In this document: piece after piece, positions 56,808 through 64,000 of the stretch | How positions within the stretch are numbered: position 1 is the first letter of the stretch | Layout: each line of letters starts with the position of its first letter | IMG/VR virus record: IMGVR_UViG_3300044652_000022 | Location: 1-64,000 of that record | From: a virus | Lineage: Duplodnaviria; Caudoviricetes | Reading direction: 5' to 3' (one strand) | DNA: 64,000 nt | Position numbers and translations under genes: made by a program | The notes under the pieces: model-generated | What the model saw: only the letters and a program-made list of their open reading frames with translations | Database searches by the model: none | What the model was told of the DNA's origin: nothing

Positions 56808-59347
56808 AGTCCTTGGCCATTCAGGTTACCGTAGTAGTATCGCTGATCCTCGCGGCTCTGCTCCTCGCTCAGGTGCAAAACGTTCCCAATACCACCTTCC
56901 CCACTGTGCGCTCGCTGCTGAATCAGAATTTTACCTGGCTGAACAACAACAAAGCTAGGACGGGTGATTGTCCTTCAGGCAAGTTTGCGATGCGACTAGG
57001 AGCCGGCGGCGTAACCTGTATTTCCGTTGACTGGTCGATGGTGACGAATAAACCCGATATCATGCCGCCCACGTTCTCTACGCATCAAACGAACGGCTGC
57101 TATTTCTTCCCGGACAACAGCATTTTCCACGCCGACATGAGCGGCGCACCGCGCGACGATTGGGCTACGGCGTGGTTTATTGGAAAGCGGTATCCCATCA
57201 CCGCAGCGACCTGGCTGAATGGCGTGGTCACGGCCACCGTAGCCTCGACGGCTGGGATTGCGTCAGGCATCAAGGGCTACATCGACGGTGCAAGACCAGC
57301 GCGCCTCGCTGCCGGATACACAACCGGCGTCGGTTCTCCGTTTGGATCCGCGAACCCGCGCGACACTCGCGTCACCATCACCGTTCCCCCTGTCGATCAA
57401 TGCCCTAACGGCTTGCCGTGCTTTCAGTATCCTGTCGCGTCAGATCCTGGAGCGTATCCAGGCAACCTATCGTTTTCGATTGGGCCTTACGGTTCTGCGA
57501 ATTTCGGGACTACAGGTCCGGCGATGGTTCTGAACACAGCCGACGCCACCACGCCGCGGTACATGATTCAAACGGGCCCTGGTCCCGATGGGCTAGACGC
57601 TGGGACGCCCATGCTGTTAGAGAGTGACGCAGGACCGTATCCGATCCTGCCGTCATATCAGATTGAAGGCGGCTACACGATCCAGAACGGCGCTCCCGAT
57701 CCGTTTCAGGACAACCATGTCCTTACGCTCGATACCTCAGCCTGCTACCTGTACGAAATCTTTGCCTTCCCGGGACCCGCGAGCGGACCGCCATTCGTCA
57801 ACGGCGGCGGCGCAGTCTGGAACCTGCGATCCAACGCCATGCGGCGCGACGGATGGACGAGCGCAGACGCCGCCGGGTTGCCAATCTGGCCTTTTGTTCT
57901 GACGCGCGGTCAGGCGTTTGGCGATGATCCAATCGAGGGGCCAATTCGCGTAACCTTCGTATCGACACCTGCCTACTATCGCTTTCCTGCCACCCACTTC
58001 GCCGCGTCATATTCCTACAATCAGTGGCCGCCCTTCGGGACTTGGTTCCGTCTGCGTCGGGACTTCGATATTTCCGGGTTCCCGGTTGGCGGAGACGGCG
58101 TGACGCCGAAGATGCAGAAAATCCTCGCCGCGTGGAAAAAATACGGCGTTATCAACGCTGACAACGGCGGGACAGGGTTCATCACCATCGACCATTCCTT
58201 TTCTGCAAACGACGACTCGGCGCTGGTCACGCAACTGCACAATCTTTGGCTGGAGAGCTTCGAGGTCGTCTGCACCGCCTGCCTGCAAAAGCAAATCGAC
58301 TCTTACGAAGTCAAGCCCTTTACCCCAGTCAGCGTACCGCGCCTGAATCAGGTTGTCGTCACGGCTAGCCAAACTGGCTTATACCTGACAGTGGACGGGC
58401 AGGGCTGCTACGCGCCTTGCCAGGTGTTCTGGAACTCGAACGACGTACACACTATTTCCGCACCGCTGCAAACGAACGGGAATATCCAGTACACGTTTGC
58501 ATCGTGGAGCGATGGCGGAGCAGGCTCGCATACGACCTCGGTCACGGACGCGGCTACGATCACCGCGACTTTCACGGCGCAATACACGCAGCCCTCCGCC
58601 CCAACCTTCTCCTCGACGCTGAACGCTGTGGCTCCAGGGACCGTGATTACAGCGAGCACCGTTCCAGCTTCCTGCAACGGGTTCGTGCATATCAGCACCA
58701 CCAACCCACCCACGTTGACCGACCCAGCCACCTACACCATCAATACGCCTGTGACGCTGTACGCCAACGTCCTGGGATGTCCAATAACCATCGCGCCCAA
58801 CTCGACCGTGTCCTCGGCGTCCTTCTCGATGCTCTTTACCGACACCTTCTCTGGGACGGGCGTGCTGAACGCGGCTAATTGGACTCGCATTCCAACACTG
58901 AGCTACGGGTCAGGGAACACGCTGATCCAGAGTGCAGGGACCGCGATTCCTGCTGCGATCAATAGCGGCGCCGCGTACATCGTCACCGGGCAGACCTTCA
59001 CCCGCGCGCAGTTCTCGCAGACGACAGTAAACACGTACGCCTCAGGTGGAGTGGTCTTGTATGTCTTGATGGACGCGAACGGGAACGGCTACGGGTGGAT
59101 CGGAACGAACCTCAACCGGTACACCGCCGGCGTCCCGTCGTGGATGCAAAGCTGCGCCGCGCCGGCTCCTGGAAACACGATCCGCCTCGAGTCCGACGGT
59201 GCTGGTGGGATTCGGACGTACATCAATAACGTGTTCTCCTGCCTCGCCACCGACCAGACGTATACAACCGGATCGCCTGGCGTGTTCGTCGGCGCTGGCG
59301 GAACGATTAACGCTTCGATTTCGAATTACCAAGCTGGGAACCGATAA
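56804..59347 (+). CDS. Secreted-type multidomain protein
   Basis: Signal peptide; WTSADAAGLP..KKYG..ADNG domain; Ig-like and lectin-like C-terminal parts. Confidence 0.75.
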   Translation: MKSLAIQVTVVVSLILAALLLAQVQNVPNTTFPTVRSLLNQNFTWLNNNKARTGDCPSGKFAMRLGAGGVTCISVDWSMVTNKPDIMPPTFSTHQTNGCYFFPDNSIFHADMSGAPRDDWATAWFIGKRYPITAATWLNGVVTATVASTAGIASGIKGYIDGARPARLAAGYTTGVGSPFGSANPRDTRVTITVPPVDQCPNGLPCFQYPVASDPGAYPGNLSFSIGPYGSANFGTTGPAMVLNTADATTPRYMIQTGPGPDGLDAGTPMLLESDAGPYPILPSYQIEGGYTIQNGAPDPFQDNHVLTLDTSACYLYEIFAFPGPASGPPFVNGGGAVWNLRSNAMRRDGWTSADAAGLPIWPFVLTRGQAFGDDPIEGPIRVTFVSTPAYYRFPATHFAASYSYNQWPPFGTWFRLRRDFDISGFPVGGDGVTPKMQKILAAWKKYGVINADNGGTGFITIDHSFSANDDSALVTQLHNLWLESFEVVCTACLQKQIDSYEVKPFTPVSVPRLNQVVVTASQTGLYLTVDGQGCYAPCQVFWNSNDVHTISAPLQTNGNIQYTFASWSDGGAGSHTTSVTDAATITATFTAQYTQPSAPTFSSTLNAVAPGTVITASTVPASCNGFVHISTTNPPTLTDPATYTINTPVTLYANVLGCPITIAPNSTVSSASFSMLFTDTFSGTGVLNAANWTRIPTLSYGSGNTLIQSAGTAIPAAINSGAAYIVTGQTFTRAQFSQTTVNTYASGGVVLYVLMDANGNGYGWIGTNLNRYTAGVPSWMQSCAAPAPGNTIRLESDGAGGIRTYINNVFSCLATDQTYTTGSPGVFVGAGGTINASISNYQAGNR

Positions 59348-59697
59348 TGCCAGTATCCGATTGGGCAGACCTCGCCAAGCAAACGATTGTCTGGGAACCG
59401 GCGACGAGTCGAGATCGCTACGGCAAACCGCAATACGGAGGGATAAAGAAATACACGTTTCAGGGACGGCGGGTAAACAAGGTATCGCGTCGTCCAGGCG
59501 GAAACAATCAAGGCGTGGACCTGGTTTCGGAATCTACCATCTGGATTCTGGGAACGCCCAATATCAAGTACGAGGACCGGGTGTACGTCGAAGGCGACGA
59601 ACCGCCATACCCGAACATCCTCAGCATTGACCGCTACCCGGATGAAACGGGTCAGGATCTGTACGTGAAAGTCTCGCTAGGGAGTGCAAAAGGATGA
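59347..59697 (+). CDS. Head closure protein
   Basis: DRYGKP..DRVYV; synteny. Confidence 0.7.
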   Translation: MPVSDWADLAKQTIVWEPATSRDRYGKPQYGGIKKYTFQGRRVNKVSRRPGGNNQGVDLVSESTIWILGTPNIKYEDRVYVEGDEPPYPNILSIDRYPDETGQDLYVKVSLGSAKG

Positions 59698-59836
59698 CAG
59701 TAGAGGTCTTTCGTTTGCTATACGGCAAACTCAGCGTGCGGCTGAACAACCGGGAGGTGGCGCTCATCGACTCACGGCCAGATGAGCGAGCGCTGGCTAG
59801 CCTTCTGCGCAAGGTCAGCGAGGAGGTCGAAAAGGA

Positions 59837-60223
59837 ATGCCTCGACTCAGCTTTGAAGTCGCTATCACAACCCAAAAGAATGTCGGAGCCCGGGCGCGCC
59901 AAGCCGCTGCTCGTGCGCTCTACCAGTTCGCCGAGGAGGTGATGGCCGAGTCCAAGCGCATCGTTCCTGTGGACACAGGTGCGTTGATGAACACGGGTAC
60001 CGTGATGCCGCCTGTGGACAATGGACGCGAGATCATGGTTGAGATGGGCTACGGTTCGCAGTCGGTCGATTACGCCGTGTACGTTCACGAAAACATGGCG
60101 CCGGTCAAATGGCAGCGTCCCGGATCCGGGCCCAAGTATTTGGAGACGCCCCTGAAAGAAAAACAGGACAGCTTGCCCGACCGTATCGCCTCGGCCATCG
60201 AAGCGGCTTTGAGGAATCCGTAA
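59837..60223 (+). CDS. HK97 gp10-like tail completion protein
   Basis: VPVDTGALMNTG, YAVYVHE, KYLETP. Confidence 0.85.
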   Translation: MPRLSFEVAITTQKNVGARARQAAARALYQFAEEVMAESKRIVPVDTGALMNTGTVMPPVDNGREIMVEMGYGSQSVDYAVYVHENMAPVKWQRPGSGPKYLETPLKEKQDSLPDRIASAIEAALRNP

Positions 60224-60603
60224 TGCCCCTTTTGGAAGACATTGCCGACTACCTGACCACGCACGGGGTGGTGACAGCGCCGTGGACGCTGTATATAGGA
60301 ACGTTCCCGGACGATCAAGACCAGGTCATTGGCTTGTTTGCGACTGGCGGCGAGCCGTTCGATACGCTCGGACGCGAGAATGTCCGCCCGACGTTTCAGA
60401 CGCGCGTCCGCGCCGCGGCGTCGGATTACGGAGTCGGGTACGCCAAGTGGAAGCAGATTTTTGACACGTTGCAGGACGCAATACCAACCTCCGCCTATGC
60501 TTACGTGCAGGCGACAGCAACTGGACCGCTGGCGTTTTCTGACGACAAGGAACGGCCCAACTTCACGTCGAATTGGCGGGTTTTAATGTCGCGGAACGGG
60601 TAA
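60223..60603 (+). CDS. Tail terminator (minor capsid 3-like)
   Basis: IADYL..P.FQ.RVR..D.KERPNFT.N. Confidence 0.75.
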   Translation: MPLLEDIADYLTTHGVVTAPWTLYIGTFPDDQDQVIGLFATGGEPFDTLGRENVRPTFQTRVRAAASDYGVGYAKWKQIFDTLQDAIPTSAYAYVQATATGPLAFSDDKERPNFTSNWRVLMSRNG

Positions 60604-60604
60604 A

Positions 60605-60668
60605 GCGGTAGGAAACATCCACCCGGCAGCGGAAAATCGAGCAGAGCCAGAGCAAACGCGAAGCTCCG
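60605..60668 (+). repeat. Dispersed repeat copy
   Basis: cggaaaatcgagcagagccagagcaaacgcg. Confidence 0.8.
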
Positions 60669-60692
60669 GGTGTTTAAAAACGGGAGAAAACG

Positions 60693-61361
60693 ATGGAATA
60701 CAGAGTAGACCCGATCTGGAGAGGAGAAACGTGCGTCATTCTCGGCGGCGGACCGTCGCTGCTGAAACAAAGCCTCGATCCGCTGTGGAACACCTCCCCC
60801 AAGCCGCGCATTCTGACCATCAACGATTCCTGGCGGTTGGCGCCCGACAACGCCATCCACTACTTCGCCGATCAGGAATGGTGGGATCGTCAGATCGCGC
60901 GGAACTACATCGCGGTTAATCATCTGGGAACGCACTACCGATTCCACAACATGATTTATGAGGGGTTTTGGGTTTCGACCGCGCCTGCATTCGCCGCCCA
61001 TCCGCAAGTCCGCTATTTGAGACTCACGGGAGAGCAAGGACTCGAAACCGATCCGACCGGGCTGCGACACGGATCCAATTCAGGCTACCAGGCGATTGGG
61101 CTGGCGTATCACCTGGGAGTCAAAAAGATCGTGCTTTTGGGTTACGACATGCGCGTGGACCGCGACCGCACCCACTGGCACGATGAAAGCACCATCCCAG
61201 CGCAGGGCTTCGAGATGATGCTGAAAAAGTCTTTTCTACCGCACTTCGACACCTTAGCCAGACCGCTCGCGGACGCTGGGGTGACGGTGATTAACGCGAC
61301 CGAAAATTCCGCGTTGCGAGTTTGGCCCTTTCAGCCGCTAGCGACGGCGTTGGGTCACTAA
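60693..61361 (+). CDS. Glycosyltransferase-like (Maf/DUF115/sialyltransferase-type fold), paralog 2
   Basis: LGGGPS, TIND, GSNSGYQAIGLAY, LLGYDM. Confidence 0.75.
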   Translation: MEYRVDPIWRGETCVILGGGPSLLKQSLDPLWNTSPKPRILTINDSWRLAPDNAIHYFADQEWWDRQIARNYIAVNHLGTHYRFHNMIYEGFWVSTAPAFAAHPQVRYLRLTGEQGLETDPTGLRHGSNSGYQAIGLAYHLGVKKIVLLGYDMRVDRDRTHWHDESTIPAQGFEMMLKKSFLPHFDTLARPLADAGVTVINATENSALRVWPFQPLATALGH

Positions 61362-61382
61362 CCAAATAATAAGGAGGCGAAA

Positions 61383-61637
61383 ATGGCAAGCAATACAGAC
61401 CGTGATATCGGATATCGGATGTACTTGAAGGGGACTACGCTGGGCGAGCGCAATTTTGAACCCAGCGGCACCGTCCAGTACGTGAGCAACCATCCGCACC
61501 TGAACTTTGGGACGGGTGTTTATGAACCTGGACAAGCCCTGCCCTTCGACGGTGCGGGTGGGACGGTGTACGCCCCCACCTCCATCAACACCCTGCGGAT
61601 GTATTTCGAGCGAGGCTGGATCATCCCGGCGTCGTAA
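61383..61637 (+). CDS. Hypothetical protein
   Basis: AAGGAGG RBS. Confidence 0.65.
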   Translation: MASNTDRDIGYRMYLKGTTLGERNFEPSGTVQYVSNHPHLNFGTGVYEPGQALPFDGAGGTVYAPTSINTLRMYFERGWIIPAS

Positions 61638-61640
61638 TCA

Positions 61641-62348
61641 ATGCAGGAAAAAGGAGTCACGATCATTACCGCGACGGGCAACCGTCCCGAGGCGCTTCAG
61701 CTCTGCGCCAAGTACGTGTTGCGTCAGGACTGGGAGGGCATTTTGCAGTGGATCGTAGTGGACGACGGCGTTCCCGAATCCGTAATCCCTGCCCTTCCAG
61801 ACCGCGTCCGGCTGCATTACATTTCGGCGCCGAATAAATGGGACGGCAAGACGGACACCTTGCGCCAGAACATGCTGTTGGCGATCAAGTCGGTTGAGTT
61901 TGACCTGATCTTCATATTCGAGGACGACGACTGGTACTCGCCAACGTACATCCGCAACCAGATTCGTCGCATGGGGGAGGCGGAACTGGTCGGTGAGGTT
62001 CCGTCGTTATATTACCATCTCCCTTCGCGCCAGTATTTGATGCTGAACAACCGCAGCCACGCCAGCCTGTGCCAGACCGGGTTTCGGCGATCCTTTCTAC
62101 CAATCTTCAGCGCCGCGTGTCACGGCAACGACAGCTTTATCGACATACGGTTGTGGACGGCGATGGTATACAAAATCCTGCACGAAAGCCGCCGCGTGAT
62201 TGGGATGAAGGGATTGCCTGGTCGTCCAGGTATTGGCATCGGACATCGTCCCGAAAGAGTCACCGGCTGGCTACCCGATCCGGAAATGCAAATGCTGGAG
62301 TCGTGGATCGGGCTCGAGGACGCGAACGAATACCGAGGTCTGGTATGA
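61641..62348 (+). CDS. GT2-family glycosyltransferase
   Basis: IITAT.NR, IVVDDG, FEDDDWY (DxD). Confidence 0.85.
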   Translation: MQEKGVTIITATGNRPEALQLCAKYVLRQDWEGILQWIVVDDGVPESVIPALPDRVRLHYISAPNKWDGKTDTLRQNMLLAIKSVEFDLIFIFEDDDWYSPTYIRNQIRRMGEAELVGEVPSLYYHLPSRQYLMLNNRSHASLCQTGFRRSFLPIFSAACHGNDSFIDIRLWTAMVYKILHESRRVIGMKGLPGRPGIGIGHRPERVTGWLPDPEMQMLESWIGLEDANEYRGLV

Positions 62349-62626
62349 GCGAAACCGAGTACGGCTTTGAGATATTTCACTGGCGCGGTCAAAAGCGCTA
62401 CCGCTGCAACCAGACCTGGGAGTCAGGAACGCCCTGCGAGTTCGACACCTACGATTTGGAAGCCATACGCGAACACGCCCGGGAACCGCACACGCGAACC
62501 GGAAAACCCGTCGAACCACCGCCAGCCCGAGTCTCACCGATCCTAGACGAATCAGGGAAGCACATTATCGTTGGTAACGAGAAACCCACACCGCCCGAGT
62601 TCTCGGATTTTCGTTTCAAGGAGTGA
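62345..62626 (+). CDS. C2H2-like small protein
   Basis: YRC..CEF..EH..H. Confidence 0.55.
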   Translation: MSETEYGFEIFHWRGQKRYRCNQTWESGTPCEFDTYDLEAIREHAREPHTRTGKPVEPPPARVSPILDESGKHIIVGNEKPTPPEFSDFRFKE

Positions 62627-62629
62627 TCG

Positions 62630-63301
62630 TTGGCGCACCGAACCTCAGCCCCCGCGCTATCCGCTGCGCGCGTATTGTTCAAGAACTACGACCTTACCGT
62701 ACGTCCGCCAGAGACCTTGCCTTCAGGACGCATCGCAAACCTGCAGGCGACGGTTGCCTGCGCAGCCATCCTCATCGACTACGCCACGAACATTTTCGAG
62801 GTGACCAACCTCCGTCCCGAGTTCCGCTACTGGCAGGAGCGGCTGCTGATGGGTAGCGCTACAGCGCCGCAGTTGGGAGCGTTTCTAGCGACCCTGCGCG
62901 AGGCGTTCCGCAAGATCCCAGCCGATGGGTCTTACGAAGAACCGGTATACATCCAATTGCGCGCACCGCACCAGTTCAAGTCCGATTTCACCAACCATCG
63001 GTTGTCCAAGCCCGCGCGCGAGGCTTCAAGATTCCTCTTTTACTACTACCTGCTCAAACCCAAAACGCGAATGTTGGAAGAGGAAATGGATCGTCGCATC
63101 GTAGCTGCTCTGGTGGATTCGGCTCTGGGGCTGGAGCGGTCGCTGGAGGCGGTCCCTTTCATCGACAACTGCATTGCCGGGTTGAAGGCTGGGCGGTTGA
63201 CGGCTCAGGAGGTGAAGCAGCATTTTCGCTCGATTGGGGTGCGGTTAGAGTACTTCCCAGGATACGAAAACCGCGAGGAAGAAAGTTTGCTTTTAGTTTA
63301 A
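62630..63301 (+). CDS. Hypothetical protein
   Basis: 223-aa ORF with AAGGAG RBS. Confidence 0.6.
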   Translation: MAHRTSAPALSAARVLFKNYDLTVRPPETLPSGRIANLQATVACAAILIDYATNIFEVTNLRPEFRYWQERLLMGSATAPQLGAFLATLREAFRKIPADGSYEEPVYIQLRAPHQFKSDFTNHRLSKPAREASRFLFYYYLLKPKTRMLEEEMDRRIVAALVDSALGLERSLEAVPFIDNCIAGLKAGRLTAQEVKQHFRSIGVRLEYFPGYENREEESLLLV

Positions 63302-63319
63302 CCAAAGGAGAAAAAGAGA

Positions 63320-63745
63320 ATGGCAATTACAACCGCGAAGGGAACTGTCCTGAGAATGTCAGACGTGGCTTCGCCGGCTACCTACAGCAACGTCGGCCAG
63401 GTGCGTTCGATCAGCGGTCCGACAGTCAAGCCGTCCATCGTGGATGTGACCACGCACGATACGCCCGGGTTCTGGCGGCGAAAAATCGCTGTCCTGAACG
63501 ACGCTGGCGATATCACCTTTGAGGTCAACTTCGACAAGGCGGACGCCACGCACTCGTTCACCACGGGCATGTGGGGGCAACTCATCGGCCTGATCCTGTC
63601 TGGGTTCCAGATGGTGTTCCCGAACGCCGCCGGGACCTTGACGTTCAAGGGCTACATGTCCTCCCACGAATTTGGAGTCCCGGTCGATAACGTCCTCTCC
63701 TCGAAGATGGGCGTGGCGATCACCGACGCTATCGCGGCAGCGTAA
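63320..63745 (+). CDS. Major tail (tube) protein, siphovirus type
   Basis: VRSISGP..DVTTHD..DAGDITFEVNF..F.GY. Confidence 0.85.
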   Translation: MAITTAKGTVLRMSDVASPATYSNVGQVRSISGPTVKPSIVDVTTHDTPGFWRRKIAVLNDAGDITFEVNFDKADATHSFTTGMWGQLIGLILSGFQMVFPNAAGTLTFKGYMSSHEFGVPVDNVLSSKMGVAITDAIAAA

Positions 63746-63747
63746 TC

Positions 63748-64000
63748 ATGACGCCAATTGCTGAAAAACGGATTCCGCTTACGCTCGACAAGGAGCGGGT
63801 GTTGATCTTCAACTGCAACACCATGGTGGCGTATGAGGAGGCGACCGGGAAGTTTTTTCTCGACACCATCGCCTCCTTGTACGACGCCTTGAAACCGCTC
63901 CTTGACGCGCGGTTAGCGGTCAAGGCTGGAAAGACCGACCAGCCGATGGTCACAGGCATGGAGGTCGTTCGCCGCGTGCCCATGACGCAGCTCCGGGCTC
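63748..64000 (+). CDS. Tail assembly chaperone (partial; runs off the window)
   Basis: Follows the tube gene; LDKERVLIFNCN..YEEATG. Confidence 0.7.
   Translation, partial: MTPIAEKRIPLTLDKERVLIFNCNTMVAYEEATGKFFLDTIASLYDALKPLLDARLAVKAGKTDQPMVTGMEVVRRVPMTQLRA

Noticed and set aside
59694-59942. Programmed frameshift joining 59694 to the gp10-like gene
   Set aside because: 59837 has its own AAGGA RBS and no slippery heptamer was seen; a plain overlap is simpler.
1335-60668. Dispersed hairpins as integron attC sites
   Set aside because: They do not flank individual ORFs, lack RYYYAAC/GTTRRRY ends, and the recombinase shows no IntI-specific insertion.
1-64000. CRISPR array, DGR or retron
   Set aside because: No regularly spaced repeat-spacer units and no reverse transcriptase motifs seen.

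Overview
The whole window reads as part of one large, GC-rich (~60% by eye), probably temperate tailed phage or prophage with a siphovirus-type tail. No host housekeeping genes were recognised, and the host is tentatively Acidobacteriota. Layout: (i) a minus-strand tyrosine recombinase at the left end. (ii) A ~27 kb plus-strand early region of small ORFs driven by 12 near-identical sigma70 promoters that share a CCTATAGTTT box; it includes a split SNF2 helicase, a TopoVI-A-like protein, an HNH nuclease, a vWA protein, queC, and five proteins ending in the same unassigned ~65-aa domain. (iii) A 29-32 kb block with a paralog pair and a Tad1-like anti-defence candidate. (iv) The late region: TerS, tRNA-Gln, TerL, lysis genes, portal, MuF, a 1026-aa multi-enzyme polyvalent protein, XkdF-type protease, fibre cassette, scaffold, capsid, glycosyltransferase-like genes, connectors and tail tube. 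A second, self-complementary intergenic repeat family (core GCAG(A/C)(A/G)CCAGAGC(T/A)AACGCG) is scattered across the window. The best candidate for a new system is a capsid-loaded effector set: three small proteins sharing a 15-aa leader ending EK-GGPGSG, plus the polyvalent protein with Lys-terminated linkers. All family assignments come from motif recognition by eye; no searches were run.
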